A stretch of 63,475 nucleotides of DNA, the filler included. It is 19 parts of 19 records of this genome, joined end to end, with 100 filler letters (N's around TTAATTAATTAA, not from the genome) between each part and the next. Parts side by side here need not be neighbours in the genome. Positions count along the whole stretch, not along the records: positions 51,557 to 56,159 come from SRR16133337_7196; positions 56,260 to 63,475 come from SRR16133337_7287; 17 more parts are not named here. One strand, given 5' to 3'. The notes beneath the pieces were generated by a model. It made no database searches and was not told where the DNA came from. It saw nothing but the letters and a program-made list of their open reading frames with translations. Of this stretch, positions 52,703-63,475 are shown in pieces. How positions within the stretch are numbered: the stretch's first letter is position 1; each line of letters begins with the position of its first letter. The translations under genes and the position numbers were made by a program.

Positions 52703-55655
52703 AAGCGTTTAATCCTACTATTTTACGCCCTAAAGCTATTTTATTTAATAATGGCACTAAATCTTCCATTAAGGCTTTTTCTTTTACGCTGCGGTCTTTC
52801 CAACCTAATTCTAAAGGAGCTAATAAATCCGTTAATTTTTCACCATCAAAAATTAGTCGGTCCATAATCTCTTTAATAAAAGCATTTAGACTGTCTTGCG
52901 TAAGACTGTGCTTGTTTGCGATATCTTGTATTTCTTTTGCAGCTATTTCATCTTTAAATTTTTGATAACCTGTGCGGATTTCTTTTTCGTTTAAGGCATT
53001 CCCGACTTCTAAAGTATTTATAAAGGCAATAATACCTTCACGCTCCTCCATTAAATTGGCACTAGAACTTAATAAATTTATTAATTCCTCACGTGTCATT
53101 TTATGTTTAGAGGGTTTGTCTTGTGTGTATTTTGCAATTAAGCCAATGATATAATCATAATCTATTACAGCAGATGAAAATAATACAAATTCAAAATCTA
53201 ATTGCTGTACCTTTTCTGGTGCATTTTCTCCTTGTTTGTTTTGTGCTGCTTGTAAACGTTTGGCAGTATCTAAATACACCGATTTAAAGGAACGTAGATC
53301 ATCCTCTGGCAATAAGGTTTCAATTATTTCGGCTTGTACTTCTTCTAAGTCGGTATATTGGTCTAATTGTGTTTTATAACGTTGTACTTCTTTAAAGGCA
53401 TTGATAAAACCTGCACGTGCTTCATCTCCTTTTAAATTGCTTACCTCAGAAGGTGAACAGTCTAAACCTTTAGCCTGCATAAATTGGTTTAATTGTTCTA
53501 CTGCCTCTTTATATTTTTTTATTACTATAGATGCTGCATCTACTAACCAAATTTCTTTAGCCTTTTCTATTTTAGCACCAGAGAAACGAATCATTGCTTT
53601 ATTGACTTCTTCTTCTTGGTCTCTAAATACTAAGATATTACCATAAGGCTTGGTATCATTTATGACTCTATTGGTACGAGAATAGGCTTGTATTAAACCG
53701 TGATACTTTAAATTTTTATCTACGTATAAGGTATTTAAATACTTAGAATCAAAACCAGTTAAGAGCATATCTACCACTATCATCACGTCAATTTTATTTT
53801 TGTGAGAATAATCGGCATTTGTATATTTTTGGTCTTTTATCCGTTGCTGAACATCTTGATAGTATAAATCAAAATCGTTTATTCTATGATTGGTATTGTA
53901 TTGGGTGTTATAATCTACAATAATAGTATTTAATGCTTCTTTCTTTTTATTAGGCTCTATTTGATTATCTGCTTTTTCTTGTGGTAAATCCTCTTGTATT
54001 TGTTGTATGTCTTTATTGCCCTCTGTTGGTGGCGAAAACACACAAGCGATATTTAAAGGCTTGTAATCTTCATTGAGTTCTGCAAATTCTCTTTGATTTT
54101 GCTTGAATAAATGATAATACTCGATAGCATCAGAGATGGAAGAAGTTGCCAACACCGCATTAAACCTTCTATAATGGGTGGCTTTGTCGTGCTTTTTTAA
54201 AATGGTATCTATAACTGCCATTTTATGACTTAACCCATTTGGATCTGGATTGCCTTTGATATTAAAATAATCGATATGAAAACGTAATACATTTTTATCT
54301 TCTATTGCATTGGTAATGGTATATGCGTGTAACTTTTGTTGAAAAACATCTTCTGTGGTTTTATAAGTTGCTTGTTTGCCTTCAATCGTTTTATAGCTTG
54401 AATTTTCTTCAAAAATAGGTGTTCCTGTAAACCCAAATAATTGTGCTTTAGGAAAAAACGCTACAATAGCTTTATGGTTTTCTCCAAACTGAGAACGGTG
54501 ACACTCATCAAAAATAAAAACGACTCGCTTATCTTTTAATGGCTCTAAATGTTCTATATAATTTCTATCATTTTTAGTATCTAACGCTAAACCTAATTTT
54601 TGAATCGTTGTAACAATTACCTTATCTGCATAATCTGTAGAAAGCATTCTTTTTACCAATGTTTTTGTATTGGTATTTTCTTCTACACTACCTTCTTGAA
54701 ATTTATTAAACTCTTCTCTTGTCTGTTTATCTAAATCTTTTCTATCTACAACAAATAAACATTTTTCAATAGCATCATTATCTTTTAAAAGGGTAGAAGC
54801 CTTAAAAGAAGTTAGTGTTTTTCCACTTCCTGTAGTGTGCCAGATATATCCGTTTCCTCTATCTTGTTCTATACAATCTACGATAGCCTTTACTGCATAA
54901 ATTTGATAGGGACGCATTACCAATATCTTTTGCTCCGTTTCTACTAACACCATATAGCGACTAATCATTTCGCCTAAAATACATTTAGATAAAAAGTTGT
55001 CGGTAAAATCGAATAAATTGTTAATTTTTGAATTGTCTTTTTTAGCTAAAGTATAAACAGGTAAAAACTGCTCGTCTGCATTAAAAGCAAAATGTTTGTT
55101 ATTGTTATTAGAAAAGTAAAAGGTTCTTGCTTGATTACTGACGATAAACAATTGCATAAAGCACATCAACGAATTGGTATATCCGTTCCCTATATCATTT
55201 TTATAATCTACTATTTGTTGCATTGCACGGTTAGGACTAATCTGCAATGTTTTTAATTCTATTTGTACTACTGGCACACCGTTAATTAATAAAATAACAT
55301 CATATCTATGATTGCTATTTTCGGTATTGATTCGAAGCTGATTAATAACTTCAAAATCATTCTTACACCACTCTTTTATATTTACTAAGGTGTAATGTAA
55401 AGGTGTATCATCTTCTCTAATAAATGTATTCTTTTTCCTTAAGAGATTAGAGGTTTTAAATACATCTGGGTTTATTATTTCAGTTAGTAATTTATCAAAT
55501 TCCGCATCGGTTAATTTAACTCTATTCAATGCTTCAAATTTTTGTCTGAAATTTAACTCTAAAGCACTCTTTGTTCTAATATCTTTACGATACGTATATT
55601 TTAAATCCGATAATCTTTCGATTAGTTCTTCCTCTATTTGTTGTTCTTTTGTCAT
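52695..55655 (-). CDS. hsdR: Type I restriction endonuclease R subunit
   Basis: Nuclease motif RYDVILLINGVPVVQIELK; helicase motifs RPYQ, HTTGSGKT, VVDRKDLD, DECHRS, FTGTP, MLLTGFD, QAYSRTNR. Confidence 0.97.
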   Translation of the reverse strand: MTKEQQIEEELIERLSDLKYTYRKDIRTKSALELNFRQKFEALNRVKLTDAEFDKLLTEIINPDVFKTSNLLRKKNTFIREDDTPLHYTLVNIKEWCKNDFEVINQLRINTENSNHRYDVILLINGVPVVQIELKTLQISPNRAMQQIVDYKNDIGNGYTNSLMCFMQLFIVSNQARTFYFSNNNNKHFAFNADEQFLPVYTLAKKDNSKINNLFDFTDNFLSKCILGEMISRYMVLVETEQKILVMRPYQIYAVKAIVDCIEQDRGNGYIWHTTGSGKTLTSFKASTLLKDNDAIEKCLFVVDRKDLDKQTREEFNKFQEGSVEENTNTKTLVKRMLSTDYADKVIVTTIQKLGLALDTKNDRNYIEHLEPLKDKRVVFIFDECHRSQFGENHKAIVAFFPKAQLFGFTGTPIFEENSSYKTIEGKQATYKTTEDVFQQKLHAYTITNAIEDKNVLRFHIDYFNIKGNPDPNGLSHKMAVIDTILKKHDKATHYRRFNAVLATSSISDAIEYYHLFKQNQREFAELNEDYKPLNIACVFSPPTEGNKDIQQIQEDLPQEKADNQIEPNKKKEALNTIIVDYNTQYNTNHRINDFDLYYQDVQQRIKDQKYTNADYSHKNKIDVMIVVDMLLTGFDSKYLNTLYVDKNLKYHGLIQAYSRTNRVINDTKPYGNILVFRDQEEEVNKAMIRFSGAKIEKAKEIWLVDAASIVIKKYKEAVEQLNQFMQAKGLDCSPSEVSNLKGDEARAGFINAFKEVQRYKTQLDQYTDLEEVQAEIIETLLPEDDLRSFKSVYLDTAKRLQAAQNKQGENAPEKVQQLDFEFVLFSSAVIDYDYIIGLIAKYTQDKPSKHKMTREELINLLSSSANLMEEREGIIAFINTLEVGNALNEKEIRTGYQKFKDEIAAKEIQDIANKHSLTQDSLNAFIKEIMDRLIFDGEKLTDLLAPLELGWKDRSVKEKALMEDLVPLLNKIALGRKIVGLNAYE

Positions 55656-55812
55656 TAATCTTAAAGCGTAATTTTGAATTGTTAAAAATATAAATATAAT
55701 TTGGTTAAATTATAAGGATTTTCTCATTTACTTTTTACCCCTGTTTTATGTTATATTACAAGTGTTAAAATAGTGCTTTTTTTACTACCATTTAACTGCT
55801 CTTTTATGTGGT

Positions 55813-56157
55813 TTAGATGCTTGCTATTTGATAGTTTTTTAATTCTATTATATAACCAGTTCTTCTATTACTAAATGTTTCAAAATGGTCTATTTTATAC
55901 TGTTGTAGTATTTCTTGATTTTGAAATAACGCTAAAGCTTCTTTTTCTTTATTATTAAGCTGTGATAATGGAATACTTTGTTGCTTTTCTATCTTTTCGT
56001 ATTTACTCATTAACTCATCTGCTAACATTTGATATTTCGCCTTATCAATTAAATCTTTAACCGTGTAAATTCCTATGGAATTTTTACGTTTATTTAGATT
56101 ACGTGTATAAATCTCTAACTCGAACCTAAATGCTGAAACGATAAAGCTACCAAGAGA
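55813..56157 (-). CDS. Hypothetical protein, 5'-truncated
   Basis: Frame open from the contig edge (SLGSFIVSAFRFELE...) through to the stop at 55813. Confidence 0.55.
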   Translation of the reverse strand, partial: SLGSFIVSAFRFELEIYTRNLNKRKNSIGIYTVKDLIDKAKYQMLADELMSKYEKIEKQQSIPLSQLNNKEKEALALFQNQEILQQYKIDHFETFSNRRTGYIIELKNYQIASI

Positions 56158-56400
56158 TTNNNNNNNNNNNNNNNNNNNNNNNNNNNNNNNNNNNNNNNNN
56201 NNNTTAATTAATTAANNNNNNNNNNNNNNNNNNNNNNNNNNNNNNNNNNNNNNNNNNNNCGACAAGACTGCAAGACAAAAAGGCTATAGACTGTAGGCAA
56301 AAGTTACGAAATAAGAGATCTATTTTACTTGAATTGGAGAGGACACAAAATTTTGCAAATAGATGATTTAATCTTCTAATCATTAAATAAACAATTAGAA

Positions 56401-57126
56401 ATGAATAAAAATAGTAATACATATACGTTTATTTTTGCAATTATCTTGGTAACTCTTATTGCAGGATTGTTAGCATTTACAGCTCAGTCTCTAAAAGAAA
56501 AACAAGATAAAAATGTAAAAGCAGAAAAAATGCAAAAGATCCTTTCTACAATTGGAGTAAAAGTCTCTAGAGATAAAGCAGCTACAAACTTTTATAAATA
56601 CATTAAACAACAACTCGCTTTAAAAGAAGATGGTACGGTGGACACAAATGTAGACGCTTTTAAATTAAGTTTAAAGAAAGAAGTAAAAAAAGACAATCAT
56701 AAACAACGTTTTCCTTTATACATCGCAGAAAAAGAAGGCAAAACATTTTACATCATTCCTTTATATGGAGCAGGTCTTTGGGATGCTATTTGGGGGTATG
56801 TTGCTTTGGATAATGATAAAAGTACGATTATTGGTGTCAACTTTGATCACAAAGGAGAAACGCCAGGTTTGGGTGCAGAAATTACAACGGATTGGTTTCA
56901 AACTCAATTTACAGGCAAATCTTTATTACAAGATATAAATGCCGGTTTTACTGCGAACAATTTCGTCTCTGTAAAAACAGTAAAAGGAGGTGCTAAACAA
57001 GAAGACATTCATGGGGTAGATGCTATTTCAGGAGGAACAATTACTTCAAACGGTATCTCAGAGATGTTGCAAGAAAGATTGGCTCATTATTTACCTTATT
57101 TTAGTAAAACCGTGGGCGGAGTATAA
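56401..57126 (+). CDS. nqrC: Na+-translocating NADH:quinone reductase subunit C
   Basis: GAGLWD, HKGETPGLGAEI, FMN-attachment region VDAISGGTITS; operon order. Confidence 0.95.
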   Translation: MNKNSNTYTFIFAIILVTLIAGLLAFTAQSLKEKQDKNVKAEKMQKILSTIGVKVSRDKAATNFYKYIKQQLALKEDGTVDTNVDAFKLSLKKEVKKDNHKQRFPLYIAEKEGKTFYIIPLYGAGLWDAIWGYVALDNDKSTIIGVNFDHKGETPGLGAEITTDWFQTQFTGKSLLQDINAGFTANNFVSVKTVKGGAKQEDIHGVDAISGGTITSNGISEMLQERLAHYLPYFSKTVGGV

Positions 57127-57302
57127 AACGATTGTTTTTTCGTTTGAATTGCGAAAAATAAAAAATGAAAAGGGAACTAAAAGGTAGTAAAACTATAGGC
57201 AGTAGGGAAAAGTTACGAAATACGAGATACGAGATACGAACTAGCAGTAAGCAAAAGTGAGCTTAAAGCCAGAAATAAAAAGAACTCCTAATTTAAAAAC
57301 TC

Positions 57303-57974
57303 ATGGCAGAAGAAAAAGAAGCCTTCTTTTCTAAAAAAAATAGAGCATTAATCTCAGATCCATTAAATGATAACAATCCCATTTCAGTACAAGTATTAGG
57401 GATTTGCTCTGCATTGGCGATTACAGTACAATTAAAACCCGCTTTGGTCATGTCATTAGCCGTACTATTTGTAGTAACTGCTAGTAATGTAATTGTATCC
57501 TTAATCCGTAATTTAATTCCAAGTCGTATCCGTATCATCGTTCAACTATTAATTGTGGCCTCCTTGGTAATTTTAGTAGATCAAATCTTAAAGGCTTATG
57601 CATATGATGTAAGTAAAGAACTTTCTGTATTTGTTGGATTGATTATCACCAATTGTATTATCATGGGACGTTTAGAAGCTTTTGCATTGGCAAATGGTCC
57701 TTGGAAATCTTTCTTAGACGGTGTTGGAAACGGAGCAGGATATGCTTTAATTTTAGTATTGGTAGCCTTTTTTAGAGAATTGTTAGGGTCTGGGAAATTA
57801 ATGGGAGTTGAAATATTAGGTCATAAAGCAAAAACCTTGGCAGAGTCTACAGGATTGTATGCAATGGGATATGAAAATAACGGTTTTATGTTATTATCAC
57901 CAATGGCATTGATTACCGTGGGAATCATCATTTGGATTCAACGATCTAAGAACAGAACCCTAATTGAAAACTAA
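57303..57974 (+). CDS. nqrD: Na+-NQR subunit D
   Basis: [37 protein letters not shown]. Confidence 0.96.
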   Translation: MAEEKEAFFSKKNRALISDPLNDNNPISVQVLGICSALAITVQLKPALVMSLAVLFVVTASNVIVSLIRNLIPSRIRIIVQLLIVASLVILVDQILKAYAYDVSKELSVFVGLIITNCIIMGRLEAFALANGPWKSFLDGVGNGAGYALILVLVAFFRELLGSGKLMGVEILGHKAKTLAESTGLYAMGYENNGFMLLSPMALITVGIIIWIQRSKNRTLIEN

Positions 57975-58063
57975 TCTAAACGGGCAGAGTATATGTGTGG
58001 AATAGGTCAAAAATCAATGAAACAAATACACGATTTAACGATTCAACAATTAAACAACAAAAG

Positions 58064-58678
58064 ATGGATTCTATTAACATTTTTGTAAAAAGTATTTTTA
58101 TTGACAATATGGTATTTGCCTATTTCTTAGGAATGTGTTCTTACCTAGCAGTGTCAAAAACGGTGAAAACAGCTGTTGGTTTAGGAGCAGCCGTTATTTT
58201 TGTATTGGTGGTAACCGTACCCATCAACTTTTTATTAGATACCTACTTATTAAAAGAAGGGGCTTTGTCTTGGTTAGGTGAAGACTATGCAGATATCGAT
58301 TTAAGTTTCTTAAGCTTTATCATGTTTATCGCTGTCATTGCCTCTATGGTACAATTGGTTGAAATGATTGTAGAATCTTTTGCACCAGCATTGTATGGAG
58401 CATTGGGAATCTTCTTACCACTGATTGCCGTAAACTGTGCTATTTTAGGAGGCTCTCTATTTATGCAACAAAAAGATTTCTCTAATATAGGAGAATCTGT
58501 AGTATATGGTTTAGGTTCAGGAATTGGATGGTTTTTAGCAATTTTAGCAATTGCAGCAATTCGTGAAAAAATTGCATACTCTAATATTCCAGCTCCTTTA
58601 AAAGGATTGGGAATAACATTTATCATTACTGGATTAATGGCCATAGGATTTATGAGTTTTTCAGGAATCAAATTATAA
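58064..58678 (+). CDS. nqrE: Na+-NQR subunit E
   Basis: [29 protein letters not shown]. Likely start is ATG 58064. Confidence 0.96.
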   Translation: MDSINIFVKSIFIDNMVFAYFLGMCSYLAVSKTVKTAVGLGAAVIFVLVVTVPINFLLDTYLLKEGALSWLGEDYADIDLSFLSFIMFIAVIASMVQLVEMIVESFAPALYGALGIFLPLIAVNCAILGGSLFMQQKDFSNIGESVVYGLGSGIGWFLAILAIAAIREKIAYSNIPAPLKGLGITFIITGLMAIGFMSFSGIKL

Positions 58679-58698
58679 ACAAAACGAAGATTATATAG

Positions 58699-59985
58699 AT
58701 GACTATAGTAATAAGTATTGTCGTATTTTTAATTGTAATTCTTATTTTAGTAGCTGTTTTATTAGGGGCTAAAGCGAAGTTACTTCCTTCTGGAAAAGTT
58801 AAAATTACGATCAACGGAGAAAAAACGATTGAAGTAGAAACAGGCAACTCTTTATTAGGAACTCTTGGAGCTGAAAAGATATTCTTACCATCCGCCTGTG
58901 GTGGTGGCGGTACTTGTATCCAATGTGAATGTCACGTACTTTCAGGCGGAGGAGAAGCTTTGCCTACAGAAACACCTCACTTTACGCGTAAAGAATTGGC
59001 CTCAGGTATCCGTTTAAGCTGTCAAGTAAAAGTTAAAAATGATATGGAAATTACGATTCCAGAAGAAATATTTGGAATCAAAAAATGGAAAGCAAAAGTA
59101 GTTTCTAATTACAATGTGGCTTCTTTTATCAAAGAGTTTGTTGTCGAAATTCCTGAAGATATGAATTACAAAGCGGGTGGATATATCCAAATTGAAATTC
59201 CTAAAATAGAAGTGAAATTTGCAGATATAGACATTACGGCACATCCTCAAGATCATCCAAATGAACCAACTAAATTCCAAGAAGAATGGGATAAATTTGG
59301 CTTATGGCCCCTGGTCATGAAGAATTCTGAAACAGTTGAAAGAGCCTATTCTATGGCTTCTTATCCTGCGGAAGGACGTAATATTATGTTGAACATTCGT
59401 ATTGCTTGTCCTCCTTTTGACAGAATGAAAGGCAAGTGGATGGACGTAAATCCAGGAATCGCATCTTCTTATATCTTCTCCCGTAAAGTTGGCGATGAGG
59501 TAACCATTTCAGGACCTTACGGAGAATTCTTTATCCATGAATCTGATGCAGAAATGATTTATATAGGTGGTGGAGCAGGTATGGCCCCCATGCGTTCTCA
59601 TTTATACGAACTATTCCATACAATGAAAACAGGCCGCAAAGTATCTTACTGGTACGGAGGTCGTTCGAAACGTGAGTTGTTCTACTTGCATTATTTTGAA
59701 GCTTTAGAGAAGCAATTCCCGAACTTTAAAATGCATTTGGTATTATCTGAACCTTTAGAAGTTGACCATTGGAAAGTAAAAGAAAATGTAGATGCTGAAG
59801 GGGATGGATTTGTAGGATTTGTTCACCAAGCATTGATTGATAACTATTTGAACGAACATGAAGCTCCAGAAGATATAGAGTTCTATTTCTGTGGTCCCCC
59901 CATGATGAACCAAGCCATTGTGAAAATGTGTGATGATTTTGGAGTCCCTTCAGAAAATGTTCGTTTTGATGACTTTGGAGGTTAA
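58699..59985 (+). CDS. nqrF: Na+-NQR subunit F
   Basis: SACGGGGTCIQC, RLSCQ, RAYSMAS, GGGAGMAPMRSH, CGPPMM, terminal FDDFGG. Confidence 0.97.
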   Translation: MTIVISIVVFLIVILILVAVLLGAKAKLLPSGKVKITINGEKTIEVETGNSLLGTLGAEKIFLPSACGGGGTCIQCECHVLSGGGEALPTETPHFTRKELASGIRLSCQVKVKNDMEITIPEEIFGIKKWKAKVVSNYNVASFIKEFVVEIPEDMNYKAGGYIQIEIPKIEVKFADIDITAHPQDHPNEPTKFQEEWDKFGLWPLVMKNSETVERAYSMASYPAEGRNIMLNIRIACPPFDRMKGKWMDVNPGIASSYIFSRKVGDEVTISGPYGEFFIHESDAEMIYIGGGAGMAPMRSHLYELFHTMKTGRKVSYWYGGRSKRELFYLHYFEALEKQFPNFKMHLVLSEPLEVDHWKVKENVDAEGDGFVGFVHQALIDNYLNEHEAPEDIEFYFCGPPMMNQAIVKMCDDFGVPSENVRFDDFGG

Positions 59986-60013
59986 GATTCTAGGCGGTAT
60001 CCCAAAATGAGTG

Positions 60014-61267
60014 TTAATCTCTTACCTGTCCGTTTCCTCTTACAATCCATTTGTAAGTAGTGATTTCTTCTAATGCCATAGGACCTCTTGCATGTAGCTT
60101 TTGTGTACTGATGCCTATTTCAGCACCCAATCCAAACTGGGCTCCATCTGTAAAAGCAGTGGAACTATTTGCATAGACAACAGCAGCATCTACCTGATTG
60201 AGGTATTTTTCAAGAACCTTTTGATCTTCTGCAACAATCGCTTCACTATGCTTAGAACTGTATTTTGCAATATGCTCTAAGGCTTCGTTCAAATCTGAAA
60301 CTGTTTTTATAGACATTTTGTTCGCTAAAAACTCCGTTCCAAAATGAGAGGCCTCTGCGATGTTTAACAATGCTTTTGGATAGTTTCCTTCCAAAATAGC
60401 AAATGCCTTGTCATCTGCAAAAATTTCTGTTTCTTTGGCAATTAAAGCCTCTGTAATCAATGTCAAATCGTTCAACCTGTTTTTATGAATCAATAAACAG
60501 TCCAAGGCATTACAAACACTTACCCTACGTGTTTTTGCGTTGGTAACAATTGCGATCCCCTTTAATAAATCACCACTTTCATCAAAATAGGTATGTACAA
60601 TTCCAGCTCCTGTTTCAATTACAGGAACTTTAGCATGATCCCTTACAAAATTAATCAAACCTTGACTTCCTCTTGGAATAATAAGATCTACATATTCAGT
60701 AGCATTCAACATCGCTACAGTCGCTTGTCGGTCTATAGGTAATAAAGTGAGGACATTTGTGTTGATTTGGTGCTTTTCCAAAACATCTTTAATCAAAGAA
60801 ACAATCACCGCATTTGAAAATTCAGCATCACTACCCCCTTTTAAAATACAGGCATTATTAGTTTTAAAACACAAAGAAAATACATCAAAAGATACATTTG
60901 GACGTGCTTCATAAATGATTCCTATAACCCCCATTGGTACACGGATTTTTGAAATTTTTAATCCGTTTTCCAATTCTTCTTTCGCCAAGATCGTTCCGAT
61001 AGGACTTCTTAGTTTTGAAACCTTTAAAATAGCTTGAGCAATTTCTTGAATGCGTTCTTCAGACAATAACAAACGATCGTATTTAGGATTGTTTTTGTCC
61101 ATTTTGTCTAAATCCTTTTGATTCTCTATAAGGATTCTTTCCGTTCTTTCAATTGCCAAAGCGGCAATTTCAACTAATATTTCGTCAATTTTTGTAGCAG
61201 ACAAAGAAACCAATTCTCGACTGGCTTGTTTTACTGCTTTGAATGTATTTTCTAGGTTTGTATTCAT
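60014..61267 (-). CDS. proA: Gamma-glutamyl phosphate reductase
   Basis: [60 protein letters not shown]. Confidence 0.96.
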   Translation of the reverse strand: MNTNLENTFKAVKQASRELVSLSATKIDEILVEIAALAIERTERILIENQKDLDKMDKNNPKYDRLLLSEERIQEIAQAILKVSKLRSPIGTILAKEELENGLKISKIRVPMGVIGIIYEARPNVSFDVFSLCFKTNNACILKGGSDAEFSNAVIVSLIKDVLEKHQINTNVLTLLPIDRQATVAMLNATEYVDLIIPRGSQGLINFVRDHAKVPVIETGAGIVHTYFDESGDLLKGIAIVTNAKTRRVSVCNALDCLLIHKNRLNDLTLITEALIAKETEIFADDKAFAILEGNYPKALLNIAEASHFGTEFLANKMSIKTVSDLNEALEHIAKYSSKHSEAIVAEDQKVLEKYLNQVDAAVVYANSSTAFTDGAQFGLGAEIGISTQKLHARGPMALEEITTYKWIVRGNGQVRD

Positions 61268-61376
61268 TATTCTAAGGTGATTGATCTCGTAAAACCGTTG
61301 TGTTCTTTATTTTTTTTTAGTTTATTTAGAGCTTAAAAAATTTACCATTCGAAACTTTTCTTCCTTTGCTTATCGC

Positions 61377-62450
61377 TTAGTTTAAGACAAGATAATTGTA
61401 ATGCACCAAGGGTAGGTGTCCTCTTTTTCCGATGTATAAATTGGCCTTTTCGGAATCGTACGCTACTTTTCCTAAGCCAATGCTCTTTTTATTTTCATCT
61501 ACGATGCTAATGACGTCTCCTTTTTCAAAAGAACCTTCAATTGAGAATACCCCAACGGGCAACAAACTATTTGCCTTATTAGAAGTTAAAGCCTCTTTTG
61601 CTCCCTCGTTTATAACAATGTATGCTTTTGAAAAAGTACCCGATTGTGCTACCCATTTTTTTACATTGGATGTCACATGATTTTTCGCTCTGAAAAAAGT
61701 TCCTGTTTCTTTGGCAAGCAATGCTTTGATGATCTGATTTATAGTACCATTTCCAATATAAACATCAATCCCCAAATTCGCCATTTTTTTGGCAATCGTT
61801 GCTTTGGTGAGCATACCTCCCCTACCAAACTCAGATTTTGTATCTGAGATAGCATTTTCAAGGTCTACGTCTGTATCTGTGTATTCTTTGATCAATGCTG
61901 CTTCAGATTTATGAGGATGTGACGTATAGATTCCGTTTACATTAGAAAGGAATAACAAGCTTTTAACATCTAGCATAGAAGCAACCAATCCAGACAGTTC
62001 ATCATTATCGGTAAACATCAATTCGGTAATGGATACTACATCGTTTTCATTGATAATGGGGGTTACATCACTTTTAAGCAAAGTATCTAAACAGTTTTTG
62101 ACGTTTAAATAATGCTGACGTGTTCTAAAGGATTCTTTTGTAACTAAAACTTGTGAACATAACAGATTCTGTTTTTGAAAAAAATCGCTATAAATCTTCA
62201 TCAATTCAATTTGACCTATAGATGCCAGTACTTGCCGTTGACTGATGGTATCTAATTTGCTAGAAATTTTCATAATACTACGCCCCGCAGCAACCGCTCC
62301 TGATGAAACCAAAATAACCTGATATCCAGAACTTTTTAGTTCTACAATTTGATCTACAATATGAGCAATACGCTTTTTATCTGGCAATCCTGAAGAAAGC
62401 GTTAGCACATGGGAGCCAATTTTAACTAGTATTTTTTTTGAGGATTTCAT
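61377..62450 (-). CDS. proB: Glutamate 5-kinase with PUA domain
   Basis: VKIGS, VSSGAVAAG, PIINENDVV, DNDELS, GRGGMLTK, SLLPVGV. Likely start is ATG 62450, with a TATTTTTG promoter motif at 62505-62498. Confidence 0.95.
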   Translation of the reverse strand: MKSSKKILVKIGSHVLTLSSGLPDKKRIAHIVDQIVELKSSGYQVILVSSGAVAAGRSIMKISSKLDTISQRQVLASIGQIELMKIYSDFFQKQNLLCSQVLVTKESFRTRQHYLNVKNCLDTLLKSDVTPIINENDVVSITELMFTDNDELSGLVASMLDVKSLLFLSNVNGIYTSHPHKSEAALIKEYTDTDVDLENAISDTKSEFGRGGMLTKATIAKKMANLGIDVYIGNGTINQIIKALLAKETGTFFRAKNHVTSNVKKWVAQSGTFSKAYIVINEGAKEALTSNKANSLLPVGVFSIEGSFEKGDVISIVDENKKSIGLGKVAYDSEKANLYIGKRGHLPLVHYNYLVLN

Positions 62451-62653
62451 CTGTTCCTGTTCTCTTTTCTTTTGAAATACAAAAGAATTTCGTAGCACAA
62501 AAATACAAATTTGAAATGTATCTATACTATCCAATTCCGTTTTTGGAACGTTTAGTAAATTATTTTTGTTTCTAGTAAGACTCCATTTTCAAGCATCGCC
62601 CTAGATTTTTGGTCATCAGTTGTCGGTTGTCATTTGTTGGTCGTTAGTTGTAG

Positions 62654-62687
62654 AAACCTAACAGGTTTAGAAAACCTGCTAGGTTTT
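62654..62687. repeat. Flavobacterial REP-like inverted pair
   Basis: AAACCTAACAGGTTT-AG-AAAACCTGCTAGGTTTT (arms 14/15 complementary). The same unit occurs at 12083-12097. Confidence 0.7.
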
Positions 62688-62703
62688 AGTTGTATACTCT
62701 GTT

Positions 62704-63474
62704 TTAAACTTGCTCGCTAAACCTACTTATATCAATCTCCTTATCTAGAGGAGTATTGCTTGTCAAATGTTTATAAAGTTCGTTCGCGACCTTTGGAGCT
62801 ATCATGACTCCTCGTGTCCCCAAACCATTTAAAACAGCTAATTGAGGATGCCTAGAGTGTTTTCCTACCAAAGGTCTTCTGTCTTTTACTGTTGGACGAA
62901 TTCCTGCGGTTTGTTCTACAATGGTATAAGGCACTGTGACCAATGTTTCTAGTTTATCCATCAACTCCTTTTTTCCTTCTTGTGAAGGCAATAAAGTTTT
63001 GTCTTTCCAATTGAAAGTTGCTCCCACTTTATAATAATGGTTTCCTAAAGGCAATACAAAAACGGCTGCTTTTATTAGAAAATCAATCTCCAATTCTGGT
63101 GCATAAATGATCAATAATTCTCCTTTTGTTTCCTTCATTGGCAAATCTTTAAAGAATGGATTTTTATGGATTCCGTAGCCTTCACAAAAAACGACAAGAT
63201 TTGCTTTTAGGTCTTTATACAAAACTTTATTTTTTGCCAATACAACTGCATCGTACTCAAAGGATTCAAAACGAATCAAATGGTGCTTTTGCAAATGCTT
63301 TTTATAATCTGAAAGTAACGTTTTGGTATCTATTCTACCTGTGTGTTTCAATTTTCCAAAACCATATTCAGACTGCAACCCATGAAATTTTTTATGTACA
63401 ATATCAGTCTCCATAAAAGGAGACAATAAGAGTTTGTCGGAAGCAGAGAACCAATTATTTTGCTCTTCAATAGA
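62704..63474 (-). CDS. FAD-dependent oxidoreductase (DAO family), 5'-truncated by window end
   Basis: VVFCEG, KGELL, YKVGATF, AGIRPTVKDRRPLVG, NGLGTRGVMIAP. Confidence 0.88.
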   Translation of the reverse strand, partial: SIEEQNNWFSASDKLLLSPFMETDIVHKKFHGLQSEYGFGKLKHTGRIDTKTLLSDYKKHLQKHHLIRFESFEYDAVVLAKNKVLYKDLKANLVVFCEGYGIHKNPFFKDLPMKETKGELLIIYAPELEIDFLIKAAVFVLPLGNHYYKVGATFNWKDKTLLPSQEGKKELMDKLETLVTVPYTIVEQTAGIRPTVKDRRPLVGKHSRHPQLAVLNGLGTRGVMIAPKVANELYKHLTSNTPLDKEIDISRFSEQV

Positions 63475-63475
63475 T

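Noticed and set aside
41527..56283. Direct adjacency of the icd contig end and nqr contig start via shared GACTGCAAGACAAA
   Set aside because: The flanks differ (ATCCA vs GACAA), the motif is multicopy, and nqrB is expected upstream of nqrC.

Overview
This window is not one replicon. It is a pseudo-scaffold of 19 short contigs joined by 18 identical 100-bp artificial linkers (44 N + TTAATTAATTAA + 44 N). Five contigs (8365-14735, 22531-25087, 38737-41544, 51557-56159, 56260-63475) are gene-dense Bacteroidota, Flavobacteriaceae-like DNA: lptD-like, amidase, mlaD, two Fe-S oxidoreductase subunits, monomeric icd, type I RM hsdR/hsdS, nqrCDEF, proBA and an integrative-element fragment. The rest look eukaryotic, mostly AT-rich with GT-AG introns. 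I could splice exons by hand for a xanthine dehydrogenase/aldehyde oxidase, a GRK-like kinase, a DOT1-like methyltransferase, a VLIG/GBP-like GTPase and a PT-repeat protein. Eukaryotic mobile elements include an uninterrupted but 5'-truncated Helitron Rep-PIF1 ORF, a BEL/Pao-type gag, a decayed ISL2EU/Harbinger-like transposase and MITE-like hairpins. The most notable unannotated signal is a 29-bp TA-starting motif in the bacterial contigs. It ends two contigs at the same base, supplies the last codons and stop of icd, and once runs directly into a REP-like palindrome. It is probably the end of an unassembled multicopy IS or MITE. I cannot demonstrate a complete novel system from these fragments, and all family calls are from motif recognition, not database searches.
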